A DNA stretch of 64,000 nucleotides from Candidatus Peregrinibacteria bacterium (GCA_963708185.1 OY970195.1:672001-736000), one strand, 5' to 3'; positions 9,949-23,163 are shown, counted from the first letter of the stretch. The notes: generated by a model from the letters alone, not told the origin. Program-made: numbers and translations.

Positions 9949-10983
9949 ATGGACACCAAAGGTTCTCGTCATCCAGATGGTGGAGAAGCTCAAGAACTTC
10001 ATGAAGAAACTGCCCAGCCGGCAGAGCTGAATGAAGCGGTTTTTTTGAACAGGCATCAATCCGAAGTGGTTCCGGCGAGACAGTCCGTGGTTATCCCGAA
10101 AAGCATCGCTGATGTCCATCGTTCCATCGCTGAAACGGCCATGGGCGGCATTCAGGAATTATCTTCCGACGGCCCGGACTCTTCCCCTGCCAATTCCGAT
10201 CTGAGCGACCTCAAAGTATTAAGGCACGAACTGGCTAACCCGGCGACCACCGCGTTAAACGCCGTTACGATTTTACGGCGCGAGTTCAGCCGGCGGAACT
10301 TCCCTGAAACGGATCAGATATATCCGATTCTCACCATGGTTGAGGAATCGATTGAACAGATGATCGGCCTGCTGAAAAGCGCCACCAAGAGCCAATCGGA
10401 CCTGCCCCCCATGGACCCGCAGGAAAACCCTGACTTCGCCAGAATCGATTTCAGTGGATTTCTCCGGAAAATGATGGTGATGTGGCAGACTTTTGCCGAA
10501 AACGAAGGCATTGCATTTCACGGGGAGGTTGCGGATGACGTTTCGATCCGCGGTGAAAACGTCAAGACGTACGAAATCCTTTCCAATCTGATGAGCAACG
10601 CCATTGAGATCCTGAAACTTGAAAAAAAACATCGTCCGCACTCGTTTGATGCATCCCAACCCGCGATATCCCTGACGATGCGCGTTCACCCGAAAATCGA
10701 CGGGCTGGTTCAAGTTTTTATCAGAGATAACGGACCGGGCATTCTTCAGGAACACCGCGTCAAAATATTTTCCAAAGGGTTTTCCCGGAAAGCAGGCGAA
10801 GGCATCGGCCTTTGGCGTTCGAGAAAACTGGCCAGGGAAATGGGAGGGTTGTTGTTCCTCGTCAACAATGAAGAATGCGATGATTTTATAGAAGGTGAAA
10901 CCGGAAAAGGAGCGACGGCGATCTTTGAACTTCCGCTTTACCCTGAAGAGGAAGCTTCTTCGGAAGATGGGATGGAAGGTTAG
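9949..10983 (+). CDS. Cytoplasmic histidine kinase (HisKA + HATPase)
   Basis: RHELANP H-box, NLMSNA N-box, DNGPGI, GEGIGL; no TM segment. Confidence 0.85.
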   Translation: MDTKGSRHPDGGEAQELHEETAQPAELNEAVFLNRHQSEVVPARQSVVIPKSIADVHRSIAETAMGGIQELSSDGPDSSPANSDLSDLKVLRHELANPATTALNAVTILRREFSRRNFPETDQIYPILTMVEESIEQMIGLLKSATKSQSDLPPMDPQENPDFARIDFSGFLRKMMVMWQTFAENEGIAFHGEVADDVSIRGENVKTYEILSNLMSNAIEILKLEKKHRPHSFDASQPAISLTMRVHPKIDGLVQVFIRDNGPGILQEHRVKIFSKGFSRKAGEGIGLWRSRKLAREMGGLLFLVNNEECDDFIEGETGKGATAIFELPLYPEEEASSEDGMEG

Positions 10984-11585
10984 ATGAGGACTTTATAAAC
11001 AGGCCCTTTCATTTGAGGCTCCATGCTTACCTTGAGTCCGATTTCAGAACCTTTCTTGGCGATTTTCACAGGTTTACGGTTGATCTGCATGGAGTCGACC
11101 GGCTGCTGGAAAAGCATGTCGTCGGCCGTAATCTGAATGATGTCGCCGAGGCGGAGCGGTTTGGCAAGTTTGATGACCGCTACCTGGATTTTGTCGAAGT
11201 AGGCGGTGATATGTCCGATCGGGATGATTTCGACGCAGCCGGTCGGCGCTTCGTGGAGAGGTTTTTTCTGCACAGGTTCGTCGTCAACGGGGAGCAGACG
11301 TCTCATGAACGAATTTTTTTGTGATATCGTCGGCTGCGGTGACGTATGGTTCGCGGGAAATGACGTGGCCTTCGCTTTCTTAACTGCAGCTTTTCTGGTG
11401 ACGTTGGAATAAGTTTTTTCTTTGACCTTTATCGGAGCGAGAGCCCTCTGCGAATGCACGTCCAAACCCGCCTGTTTGCGATCAAGCGCGGTGAGGATGA
11501 GTTTTTGCCTGGACTGGCGAACAATGGCCTTCTTACGGAGGTATGCCGGTATTTTGAGTTTTTCCGGATCGAGGTTGTTGTTCAT
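10980..11585 (-). CDS. Hypothetical protein with a C-terminal translation-factor-like beta-barrel
   Basis: IGHITAYFDKIQVAVI..L.LGD.I.I....F.Q.V.SMQI....V..AKKG.EIGLKV pattern. Confidence 0.7.
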   Translation of the reverse strand: MNNNLDPEKLKIPAYLRKKAIVRQSRQKLILTALDRKQAGLDVHSQRALAPIKVKEKTYSNVTRKAAVKKAKATSFPANHTSPQPTISQKNSFMRRLLPVDDEPVQKKPLHEAPTGCVEIIPIGHITAYFDKIQVAVIKLAKPLRLGDIIQITADDMLFQQPVDSMQINRKPVKIAKKGSEIGLKVSMEPQMKGPVYKVLI

Positions 11586-11644
11586 GGCTTTATTATAGTG
11601 TGTTAGAATATTAATGACAACTTTCAGGAACGTTTCTCACCCCC

Positions 11645-13465
11645 ATGGACAATCAAAGGATTGCGCAAATTTTTCAGGAAATCGGTGATATTCTTGATAT
11701 CAACGGAGAGAACCGTTTCCGTGTTTTGGCTTATCAAAAAGCCTCGCAGAATATCCTCAATCTTCCGAGGGAGCTGCGCGACGTCTACAATGAAAATCCA
11801 AAAAAACTTGAGGAGATTCCCGGTATCGGCAAAGACCTTGCGTCGAAGATCGTTGAAATGATCACAACGGGAAAGTGTACATACCATCAGGAGCTTCTGA
11901 AAAAGTTTGATAAAGGACTTCTGGATATTTTACGAGTCCGCGGCGTCGGTCCCAAAAAAGTGAAACTGTTTTATTCCGAGCTGGGCATCGACTCAATTGA
12001 AAAACTGCGCAAAGCCGCGGAAGCGGGTAAACTTCGCGAGCTTCCCAAAATGGGCGAAAAGAGTGAGACGGAAATCCTGGCGGCGCTCAAGGACTACGAA
12101 AAACATACCGAACGCATGATGCTCTCGGAAGCGCTGCATCAAGCAAAAAAACTCGTTACCTACATGGAAAAAGCTCCGGGCGCGGAAAAGGTGCAGTACG
12201 CCGGGAGTTTGCGCAGGATGAAAGAAACCATCGGCGATATCGACATCCTGGTATCGACGAAAAATCCTTCCAGGTACACCGCGAAGATCATGGAGTATTT
12301 CCTGAGGTATCCTGAGACGGAAAAAGTACTCGCGAACGGAGAGACCAAGTCTTCGATTCTTTTGCAGTCAGGGATACAAACGGATCTGCGCGTTCTGGAT
12401 TCCAAAATTTTCGGCGCGGCCATGCATTATTTCACCGGCTCCAAAGCCCATAACATCGTGATGCGCGACCGTGCAAAAAAAATGGGGCTCAAGATCAACG
12501 AGTACGGCGTGTTCAAACTCAAGAAAGTCCGCGGGAAAAAAGAACCAGCTGAAGTTTTCCTGTGCGGCGCCACCGAAGAGGAGGTTTTCAAGAGCGTGGG
12601 CGTCCCCTACATCATTCCGGAAATGCGAGAGGACCGCGGCGAGGTTGAAGCAGGACTGAAGCACACCCTCATCACACCTATTGAACGAAAGGACTTACGC
12701 GGAGATCTGCACGTCCACAGCAAATGGAGCGACGGCACCCAGGAGATCCAGGAGGTGGCCCGCGCCTACTACGAAGCCGGGTTCGAATATTTCGCGCTCA
12801 CGGATCATTCCCCAGCCGTGACGGTGGCACACGGTTTGACCCCTGATCGTTATAAACTGCAGTGGGGAGACATCGACGAGATCAATAACGATTATGAAAA
12901 AGCTTTCACAGCAAAAAAATACGTCAAGGAACTTCACGGTTCACGAAAAGTGGTGAAGCCTTTCAAGATCCTGAAAGGGACGGAATGCGATATCATGCCG
13001 GACGGCTCGATGGATCTGCCGGACAAAGTCCTGGCCACAATGGATATCGTGGTGGCTTCCGTTCATTCACGTTTCAAGATGACCGAGGCCGAGATGACGG
13101 CGCGCGTGGTCAAAGCGCTCAAAAATCCATATGTCACAATCTGGGGACATCCCAGCGGCCGCCTTATCAACGAGCGCGAACCGTACGCCATCGACATGGA
13201 ACAAACCATCCGTACGGCCATTGAACATCATGTGGCGCTGGAGATCGACGGACAGCCGGCGCGCCTTGATCTTTTTGATTATTACTGCAAGATGGCCAAG
13301 GACAGGGGCGCGAAATTTACCGTGGATTCGGACGCGCACCATACCCTGCAGATGGAGTATCTCAACTACGGCATCGCGGTGGCGCGCCGCGGTTGGCTGG
13401 AAAAAAAGGATGTTTTGAACACCCTCCCGCTGAAGGATCTGATGAAGTACTGGGAGAAAAAATGA
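11645..13465 (+). CDS. polX: DNA polymerase X / PHP 3'-5' exonuclease
   Basis: HhH IPGIGK, GSLRR.KETIGDIDIL, YFTGSK.HN, PHP motifs DLHVHS and TDHS. Confidence 0.95.
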   Translation: MDNQRIAQIFQEIGDILDINGENRFRVLAYQKASQNILNLPRELRDVYNENPKKLEEIPGIGKDLASKIVEMITTGKCTYHQELLKKFDKGLLDILRVRGVGPKKVKLFYSELGIDSIEKLRKAAEAGKLRELPKMGEKSETEILAALKDYEKHTERMMLSEALHQAKKLVTYMEKAPGAEKVQYAGSLRRMKETIGDIDILVSTKNPSRYTAKIMEYFLRYPETEKVLANGETKSSILLQSGIQTDLRVLDSKIFGAAMHYFTGSKAHNIVMRDRAKKMGLKINEYGVFKLKKVRGKKEPAEVFLCGATEEEVFKSVGVPYIIPEMREDRGEVEAGLKHTLITPIERKDLRGDLHVHSKWSDGTQEIQEVARAYYEAGFEYFALTDHSPAVTVAHGLTPDRYKLQWGDIDEINNDYEKAFTAKKYVKELHGSRKVVKPFKILKGTECDIMPDGSMDLPDKVLATMDIVVASVHSRFKMTEAEMTARVVKALKNPYVTIWGHPSGRLINEREPYAIDMEQTIRTAIEHHVALEIDGQPARLDLFDYYCKMAKDRGAKFTVDSDAHHTLQMEYLNYGIAVARRGWLEKKDVLNTLPLKDLMKYWEKK

Positions 13466-13493
13466 TGACGCAGCTTTGCAATTGCAATGCGGG

Positions 13494-14339
13494 CTAGAAC
13501 CAGCTTTTCACGATTTTAATGTCGTCCAGATGGTTTTTCCCGTCTTTCTCGGGCGTTTCAAGGATGAAGGGAATAGACTTTTGCTCTGCGAATTTGGCGA
13601 TCGCTTTAAGCCCTTTGATGCCGACTGTTCCGGCACCGATATTATCGTGACGGTCGACACGGCTGCCCAAAGGTTTCTTCGAGTCGTTGAAGTGAAAGCA
13701 GGACAGCGTATCGACACCGATGAGTTCGTCGTACTCCTTGAGTGTCTGTTCGACGCCCTTTTGTGTTGAGATGTCGTAGCCCGCGGCCCAGATGTGCGCG
13801 GTATCAAGGCAGGACTTGATGCGCGGGCTGAAAGGTTTGAGCTCCTTCCAGATTTGTCCGAGTTCGTCGAGACGGAAACCGATCTCGCTCCCCTGCCCGG
13901 CGGTGTTTTCCAGAATGTACTGGAGTCCGGTTTTCGCCGTGAGGTCAACAATTTTCTTGGCGTTCTCGATAACGTTCCTGACGGCTGGTTCGCGTTCGCC
14001 GTCCAAAGATTTCCCGATGTGGACGACCACGCCGTGTCCGCCGAGCATATGCAGACGTTCGAAATCCAGCGTAATGTCTTTGACCGCCCAGGGCACCTGG
14101 CCCGCCGGTTTGCCGAAGTTCAAAAGGTACGAACTGTGGGCCACCACGTGTTTGATCTGGTATTCTTTGCAGTATTTTTTGAACAATTCGGCGTCATCAG
14201 GATCAATAGGTTTGACCATTCTGCTCCGCGGAGACTTGGTAAAAATCTGCATGGCGTTGCAGCCGAACTCTTTTCCGGTTTTCTCGGCAGCCTGGGCGAA
14301 TCCCCCGGCAATCGACATGTGGGCTCCAAAAATCAGCAT
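13494..14339 (-). CDS. nfo: Endonuclease IV
   Basis: GAHMSIAGG, HSSYLLN, LENTAGQG, DTAH, HFNDSK, DRH, ETP. Confidence 0.95.
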   Translation of the reverse strand: MLIFGAHMSIAGGFAQAAEKTGKEFGCNAMQIFTKSPRSRMVKPIDPDDAELFKKYCKEYQIKHVVAHSSYLLNFGKPAGQVPWAVKDITLDFERLHMLGGHGVVVHIGKSLDGEREPAVRNVIENAKKIVDLTAKTGLQYILENTAGQGSEIGFRLDELGQIWKELKPFSPRIKSCLDTAHIWAAGYDISTQKGVEQTLKEYDELIGVDTLSCFHFNDSKKPLGSRVDRHDNIGAGTVGIKGLKAIAKFAEQKSIPFILETPEKDGKNHLDDIKIVKSWF

Positions 14340-14448
14340 GATTTGATTATAGGTTGGTTTTTGATCCGTGAAACCCTTGTTTGACAGCAGGCATTGACAA
14401 TTTTTATATAAGTGGTTTAATTAATGCCTAATTTTTCATTTTTATTGT

Positions 14449-14694
14449 ATGGAAATCACCAATGACCTTCGCAGCGGCGACAAAGATCCTTCCCTGCAGG
14501 AAACGATCAAACGCAGACTCACTTCCGCAGAATACCAGGAGTTTCTTCTTGATGCCGGACTGAACGAAGCCATCCTGGCCGGGATCGAGGCCAAACAGGG
14601 CGAAAGCCGCGAAGAACTCAACAGGTTTCTGCGTACACTCGGCGTGAATTTTGATCCGCACTACGTCTTCGGAAAATTTGAGCAGCGACGATAA
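14449..14694 (+). CDS. Small hypothetical protein
   Basis: 81 aa ORF with an upstream TTGACA; fills the gap between nfo and a GT4 gene. Confidence 0.5.
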   Translation: MEITNDLRSGDKDPSLQETIKRRLTSAEYQEFLLDAGLNEAILAGIEAKQGESREELNRFLRTLGVNFDPHYVFGKFEQRR

Positions 14695-14745
14695 TCACCT
14701 TCCGCAGTCGTTTACAGCGGGGTCTGGTTTCAGTACAATGTTGGC

Positions 14746-15843
14746 ATGAAAATTGCCCTTGTCCACGATTTTTTAGTGAAGCTCGGAGGCGCCGAACGCG
14801 TGTTGAAAATACTTGCCGACATGTATCCGGAAGCCCCCATTTACACGCTTCTTTACGATGAGGATATATGCGGAAAAGTTTTCCCCTCCTCAAGAGTGAG
14901 GCCTTCTTTTTTGCAAAAGTTGCCGAAAGCTCTGCGAAAACGACAGAAGTATCTGCTTCCTCTGATGCCGCGAGCCATCGAGTCTTTCGACCTGAGCGGG
15001 TACGACCTCATCATCAGTTCCAACAGCGCCTACGCCCACGGCATTCTGGCTTCATCATCGTCGCAGCACATTTGTTACTGCCATTCCCCTATGCGCTACG
15101 CCTGGGACTACACACACGAATATATGCAGGAACAACATGCCGGGCGTTTCAAAACCTACATGGCCAACCGGATGATTCATAATATCCGGCTGTGGGACCA
15201 GCTCGCCGCGGACCGCGTGGACACATACATCGCCAACTCCAACCACGTGCGTAAACGCATCAGAAAATACTACCGAAAAGAGTCGGTGATCCTGTATCCG
15301 CCGGTGGACACGCGGCGTTTTAAACCGCAAAAGGAACATAATAATTATTATCTGATCGTTTCGACGCTTTCGCCGTATAAAAAAATCGACCTGGCGGTCC
15401 AGCTTTTCAACAAGATCGGCAAAGAGCTCATTATTATCGGCAGCGGGTCACAGTATGAATACCTCAAGAGCATCGCCGCGTCCAATGTTCACGTGATGGG
15501 GTTCAAGGACGATGAAACCGTCAAAAAATACATGGAAGGATGCAGAGCGCTCATTTTTCCGGGTGAAGAGGATTTTGGTATTACCCCCGTCGAGGCCATG
15601 GCATGCGGAAAACCCGTACTGGCTTACGGGAAGGGCGGGACTTTGGAAACCGTTGTTCCCGGCGTCACCGGAGAGTTCTTTTACGAACCGACCGTGGAGT
15701 CGATGGAAGACGGCCTGGGGAGGATGATCATCAACGAACCGAACTACAGCCCCACCAAAATTCACAAGCACGCCGTGCAGTTTTCCACCCAGAAGTTCGA
15801 GGAAAATTTCCGAGAGTTCATCAAGAAAAACGTTTTGGCCTAG
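14746..15843 (+). CDS. Glycosyltransferase family 4
   Basis: MKIALVHDFL...GGAERVL, EDFGITPVEAMACG. Confidence 0.93.
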   Translation: MKIALVHDFLVKLGGAERVLKILADMYPEAPIYTLLYDEDICGKVFPSSRVRPSFLQKLPKALRKRQKYLLPLMPRAIESFDLSGYDLIISSNSAYAHGILASSSSQHICYCHSPMRYAWDYTHEYMQEQHAGRFKTYMANRMIHNIRLWDQLAADRVDTYIANSNHVRKRIRKYYRKESVILYPPVDTRRFKPQKEHNNYYLIVSTLSPYKKIDLAVQLFNKIGKELIIIGSGSQYEYLKSIAASNVHVMGFKDDETVKKYMEGCRALIFPGEEDFGITPVEAMACGKPVLAYGKGGTLETVVPGVTGEFFYEPTVESMEDGLGRMIINEPNYSPTKIHKHAVQFSTQKFEENFREFIKKNVLA

Positions 15844-15911
15844 CCATTCCAGCTTTTCGTTGCCAGCAGCCTTTTCGCTTTGCTACAATGGTGACCTGTT
15901 AAAGATTTGTT

Positions 15912-17480
15912 ATGTCGCTCTATCGTAAATACCGGCCGCAAAGTTTTGCCAATCTGGTGGGGCAGGACCACATCCGCACGACGCTCATGAACGCCCTCAA
16001 GAACGGCAAAGTGAACCACGCCTACCTTTTTACCGGTCCGCGCGGTACGGGAAAAACTTCCACGGCCCGCCTCGTGGCGAAAGCCGTAAACTGCCTCAAC
16101 CTGAAGGATGCGGAACCGTGCGAAGAGTGTGACATCTGCCGCGAGATCACCGACGGCAGGCTGATTGATCTCATCGAGATCGACGCCGCCTCCAACCGCG
16201 GCATCGACGAAATCCGCGACCTGAGGGAGAAAATCAATTTTTCCCCGACCAGAGCCAAAAACAAGGTCTACATCATCGATGAAGTCCACATGCTGACGAA
16301 GGAGGCTTTCAACGCTCTCCTCAAAACGTTGGAAGAACCGCCGGCCCATGTGTATTTCATCCTCGCGACGACGGAAGTCCACAAGATTCCGGAAACTATT
16401 TTGAGCAGATGCCAGCGTTTCGACTTCAAGAGAATCGAACTTGAAACGTTGATCGCCCGCCTCCAATTCATCGCGGAACAGGAAAAAATCGAAGCCGAAC
16501 CCGAAGCTTTGGACGCCATCGCCAGGGCAGCCCAGGGCGGGCTCCGCGACGCCATAGGTTTGCTGGAACAGCTCAGCGTCGGAGGAAAACTTACTTTTGA
16601 ACACGTCCGCGAAGTCCTGGGGATAAGCGGCAAGGCCAGCCTGGAAAAACTCTACGCTTTTTTGCAGTCCGGCGACGTTCAACACGGCATCGAAGAGATC
16701 ACGTCACTGTACAATGAAGGATACGACCTCACGCAGTTCAGTAAAGATTTTCTCGAACTGCTCAGGCAGAAAATGCTTGAACAGGTCAAAGGCGAAAATA
16801 CCGCCGAGATCGGCAAAGTTCTTGCCTGGATCGAACATTTCCAACAGGCTTACGACGGCGTGAAATACGCCACCATCCCACAGCTTCCGCTGGAAGTTGC
16901 CGTCGTGCAGTCTTGCCTTCCCTCAACTCCAGCGACACCCGAAAACAGCAGTGGAGAAGACCGCAGACACGGTTCGCTCCAATTGCATCAACCTCAACAA
17001 ACCGCCATCCAGAAGGGCGCGCCTTCGGCGACGGCTCCGCGTAAAAATGCGGGGATAGAAGCTTCGGCGGCCATGGAAACCTCGTCCAACGGGATTGTCG
17101 ACCGCAGCCACCAGACGCTCCAAAAAACCGCATTGCTTTCACTCGAAGTCCTCCAGAAGCAGTGGCCAAACGTCGTCAAAGCCATAAAAAACGTTACCGC
17201 CAAACGAACGCTGACCACCGGAAAACTTCAGTCCTTTGAAGGAAAAACCGTCCATATCGTTTTCAGCACCCAGTTTCATGCCGCCAAGATGAACGAGTTC
17301 GTCAACCGTCTGGCCGTCGAGGAAGCCCTCTTCACGGTTTTCCAGGTCCCGCTCAAGGTGGTCACTGAAGTCGACGCGGCCACCGATCAAGCTTCCAATG
17401 CGCAAGAATCGTCATCGGGACATGTCGATGAAAAGACATCGCAGCTTCTTGCGATGATGGGCGGAGAACTCATTGAGTGA
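15912..17480 (+). CDS. dnaX: DNA polymerase III subunit gamma/tau
   Basis: LYRKYRPQ, GPRGTGKT, EIDAASNRG, IIDEVHML, SRC motif. Confidence 0.97.
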   Translation: MSLYRKYRPQSFANLVGQDHIRTTLMNALKNGKVNHAYLFTGPRGTGKTSTARLVAKAVNCLNLKDAEPCEECDICREITDGRLIDLIEIDAASNRGIDEIRDLREKINFSPTRAKNKVYIIDEVHMLTKEAFNALLKTLEEPPAHVYFILATTEVHKIPETILSRCQRFDFKRIELETLIARLQFIAEQEKIEAEPEALDAIARAAQGGLRDAIGLLEQLSVGGKLTFEHVREVLGISGKASLEKLYAFLQSGDVQHGIEEITSLYNEGYDLTQFSKDFLELLRQKMLEQVKGENTAEIGKVLAWIEHFQQAYDGVKYATIPQLPLEVAVVQSCLPSTPATPENSSGEDRRHGSLQLHQPQQTAIQKGAPSATAPRKNAGIEASAAMETSSNGIVDRSHQTLQKTALLSLEVLQKQWPNVVKAIKNVTAKRTLTTGKLQSFEGKTVHIVFSTQFHAAKMNEFVNRLAVEEALFTVFQVPLKVVTEVDAATDQASNAQESSSGHVDEKTSQLLAMMGGELIE

Positions 17481-17519
17481 CGTATTGGAAACCTGTGCGA
17501 ATGATCCGTTTCGCGCAAT

Positions 17520-19592
<2,073 letters not shown>

Positions 19593-19607
19593 TTACCACA
19601 GTTTTCC

Positions 19608-20887
19608 GTGCACACGAAAGTACATCTCGACAAAAAACACATTGTCATTCTGGGCGGCGGATACTGCGGTCTTCGCGTCGCGAAACTTTTGGCGAAGAAG
19701 CTGGAAAAATATGAAGATTACCAGGTTATCCTCGTCGACAAGAAACCCCTCCATCTTTACGCCGCAGACCTTTATGAGATCGCAACGGCTTATTACCCGC
19801 AAATCAACCAGGCCTGTCTGCGGGAGCTTTCGGACAGCATCACCATCCCTTTCCCGGAAGTTCTCAAAGGAACCTCTGTCTGCTTTTTGAGAGATACCAT
19901 CGAACGGATCGATTATCCCAAAAAGTCCGTCAGGCTGAAAAATTCCGGAGAGGTGTCATTTGAATATCTTGTCGTGACACTCGGCGCGGCTTCCAACTTC
20001 TACCAGTTCCCTGGTGTTGAAGAAAACGCTTTTCCCCTGAAAACCATTGAAGACGGACTGGCTTTGGAATGCCATTTTGAGCAGCTCTTCCGCGAACGCA
20101 AAGAAAAAAACATCCACACTCCCCTTCACGTTGTGGTCGGCGGCGGGGGGTTCACCGGCGTCGAGTATGCCTGCGAACTTCCCGGTTTTATCAAAAAATT
20201 AAGTAAAAAATATTCGTTCGATCCCCTGGAAGTCAAAATACAGGTCGTCCAGAGCGGATCAGAACTGGTTGGCTCGGACAGGCCGTTTCATCATTCACCA
20301 TGATGCGCTTCGAAAAACTCGGCGTTGAAGCGTTCTGCGACTCACGCATCTGCGGTTACGCCGATAACAAACTGGAAATCATGGCCAAGGACGGCTCGAA
20401 TAAACGTCAGATTCCAGCGGACGTTCTGATCTGGACCGCCGGCATCATGCCCAATCCGCTGCTCAAAAATTTTCCGGTCCTGCACGAAAGCGGTTGTCTG
20501 GACGTTGAACCGAACCTTGAGGCGACACACTATCCGAAAGTGTACGCCGGTGGCGACAATGCAGCGGTTTTCGACATGCAACACCATGGCATGCTGCCAA
20601 AACTCGGGGAAATTGCAGTCCAGGAAGCTCCGGTCATCGCCTATAACATCTGGGCGGACATCGCAAAACAGCCCCAGAAGGCCTTTGTTCCGAAATTCAA
20701 GGGATTCATCATCTCGCTGGGAGGCAAGTTTTTCCTTTACCATAAAGAAAACAGGACCTTTACGGGATTCATTCCCTGGATCAAACGGCGCATGTTCGAC
20801 CTGTGGTATTTCTCCTCCGTGCTTCCTCTGAAAAAGGCCATCCGCAAATGGTGGAAAACCGAGAATATTTTCCTTCAGAACGACTAG
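19608..20887 (+). CDS. NDH-2-like FAD-dependent oxidoreductase, split by a 1-nt frameshift at ~20270-20285
   Basis: ILGGGYCG and VGGGFTGVE in the first ORF; WTAG, GD, G..A.Q in the second ORF. Confidence 0.85.
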
Positions 20888-20960
20888 GTTTTTGCTCTTT
20901 GTTGACTGGTAATTCCAGTTTTTTTGTGCTATAATTTACAGATATTCTCAACGTGAACGT

Positions 20961-21389
20961 ATGGACCAGCAGAAAACACCACAGGATAAGAAGAAACCGC
21001 AGGGAGCTTCCAAACTCCTTGCCTACGAAAACCAGGACATAAGTCCCGATACCCAAGCCATGCTCAACAAACCCACGGAGCATCCCAAAGAGCTTGATCC
21101 AAAAGATACCGAGTTCCTTACGATGTTGATGGACAAGATTGAAAAAGGGGAAATCGACCTTTATCGTCCCGATACGCTCGTCAACCATCCGGTGTACGAC
21201 AAGCTTGATGAAAATGCCAGAGGCAAGGCCGATTTTGACGCCCTGAATCTGCTCGGAACGATCCGCACCATTCGCAAACTCTGGCAGGCTGGCGACCGAA
21301 ACACCTATCAGATTGAAAACCTCACGCACCAGATCAGGCTGACCAAGGAACGTCTGGAAGAACTGGGCGGAGACATTTACATCATTTAG
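20961..21389 (+). CDS. Hypothetical protein
   Basis: 142 aa ORF, TATAAT upstream, operon-like spacing. Confidence 0.7.
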   Translation: MDQQKTPQDKKKPQGASKLLAYENQDISPDTQAMLNKPTEHPKELDPKDTEFLTMLMDKIEKGEIDLYRPDTLVNHPVYDKLDENARGKADFDALNLLGTIRTIRKLWQAGDRNTYQIENLTHQIRLTKERLEELGGDIYII

Positions 21390-21396
21390 TTTTACC

Positions 21397-23091
21397 ATGG
21401 CGGGAGAACAGCCGAATCAGGCTCCACAATCAGCTCCTTCTGATGTCGAAAAACAGTTCGGCATCGATCAGATCCAAGATCAGGAAAAACGCGAAATCGT
21501 CAAAACGTATTTCGAGAAGACGCTCACTCCCGAACAACGCGAGAGTCTTGTTCATGAAAAATCGAAAACCGAACTTTCCAAATTGAAACAGGAAATCCAG
21601 TCGCTCAATGAACGCCACGCGACGGCCGAAGAGTTCGTCCAGCAGATTATCAGCACGATGCAGAAAAATGTGCTCGAGCGCGACATGACCGAGGGGTACC
21701 TCGACGTCAACGGCGAAGAGCCGAGTTACGTCGACTACTTTTTGTCTCTGACGGGAACGAGTGATAATTTCTGCCCGCCGGGCATGGAAAAGTACAAGGG
21801 TAAAGGGTTCTCCATGGACTGGGACGATTATCAGACCGGAGAATACTGCGTCAACAAAGTTAAGTCTGTCATCAGGTCCGTTCCCGCAAACGTCAAACGC
21901 GAGATCCGCCACCAGTTCGCCAAAGATTTTATCGTAGCCTATTCCGCAGCCATCGACAGCTTTGACGCGCCTTTTGAAAATTTCGACATGGGAGAAGTTA
22001 CCGATCCGGAACAAAAATTGATAAAAGAGCAGCCTTACGTGATGAGTTTCAATGCATGGATTGCCCAGAAAGGGATGAAGCTCGAAGATGTGACGTACCA
22101 GTACAGCAAGCTTGATACCAAGGCTATTCTGGACACCAAATCCCGTCTTGAAACCGATAAAAACAGCCTTTCGGCCTTCCCGAAATCACAGCAGGAATAC
22201 TATTCGCAACAGTTGAAGAACATCGAAGGGTTCGCTCTCAACAATCCTTCTCAGGCACAGGAACAATTGGGAACCCTGGAAAAGGAAATGGCTTCCTATA
22301 AAACTTTTTTGGCATTTTCCGAAAACATCAAGGGGCTCCGCGATTCATATAACGAAAAGAAAGGAAAATATTCCGATTTTGACACGAAATTCGACGGGCA
22401 GATCAACGATCTCCAGAAAAAATACGATGATCTTACAAAACAGCTCGAAGCTGAAAAAGACCCTCAAAAACGCCTCGTTCTTATGGATAACATCAGCAAT
22501 CTTACCAAGGCCAGGGACGAGATCGATTTTAACATGACCAAGGCTTCCGAAGATCTTGAAAAAAAGAAAGAAGAGGCTCAAAAAACCGCAGACGAAACGG
22601 CTGCTGCCAATCCGGAAAACGCCGAAGAAGAAGATAAGCCCGGTTTTCTGGACAGCGCGGTGCTCGGCGATTCAAAACTGGCGAAGATCGTCGTGGATAT
22701 GGCCAAAAACGTTCCGCTCATCGGAGGATTTATTTTGAGCGCGTTCCTGGCGCCGAGCACGCTGAAGAAACTTGGCATCAACGCCCCGACCGGACTCGGC
22801 GATTTCCTGAAAGCCAACGGCACGCCGAAAACTCCCGAACAGTTGAAAGAAACCGAAACGAAAGCAAAAAAACTCCTGAAGGAACAGTTCAAGATCGAAA
22901 AAGTTGAAGAACTGGATGCCCTCTCAAAAATGGAGGTCAAAGATTTCCTCAAGAAAAAGCCCGATGATTTTGACCAGGAACGCTATGACAAATTTGTGAC
23001 CGCCCTCAAAAAGAACGGGGCAAACGATTCGACCGACAAGAAGGTATTTGAGTATGTTCTGAGCAAAATCGATGACTGGAAATCCTCGTAA
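21397..23091 (+). CDS. Hypothetical coiled-coil protein
   Basis: 564 aa K/E-rich ORF with one hydrophobic patch (VPLIGGFILSAFLAP). Confidence 0.75.
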   Translation: MAGEQPNQAPQSAPSDVEKQFGIDQIQDQEKREIVKTYFEKTLTPEQRESLVHEKSKTELSKLKQEIQSLNERHATAEEFVQQIISTMQKNVLERDMTEGYLDVNGEEPSYVDYFLSLTGTSDNFCPPGMEKYKGKGFSMDWDDYQTGEYCVNKVKSVIRSVPANVKREIRHQFAKDFIVAYSAAIDSFDAPFENFDMGEVTDPEQKLIKEQPYVMSFNAWIAQKGMKLEDVTYQYSKLDTKAILDTKSRLETDKNSLSAFPKSQQEYYSQQLKNIEGFALNNPSQAQEQLGTLEKEMASYKTFLAFSENIKGLRDSYNEKKGKYSDFDTKFDGQINDLQKKYDDLTKQLEAEKDPQKRLVLMDNISNLTKARDEIDFNMTKASEDLEKKKEEAQKTADETAAANPENAEEEDKPGFLDSAVLGDSKLAKIVVDMAKNVPLIGGFILSAFLAPSTLKKLGINAPTGLGDFLKANGTPKTPEQLKETETKAKKLLKEQFKIEKVEELDALSKMEVKDFLKKKPDDFDQERYDKFVTALKKNGANDSTDKKVFEYVLSKIDDWKSS

Positions 23092-23163
23092 TCTCCTTTC
23101 CGCCCGGTTTGCGCAAATCGACGGAATGCGGTATAATTATATAAGATCCATAAGCCGAAAACC

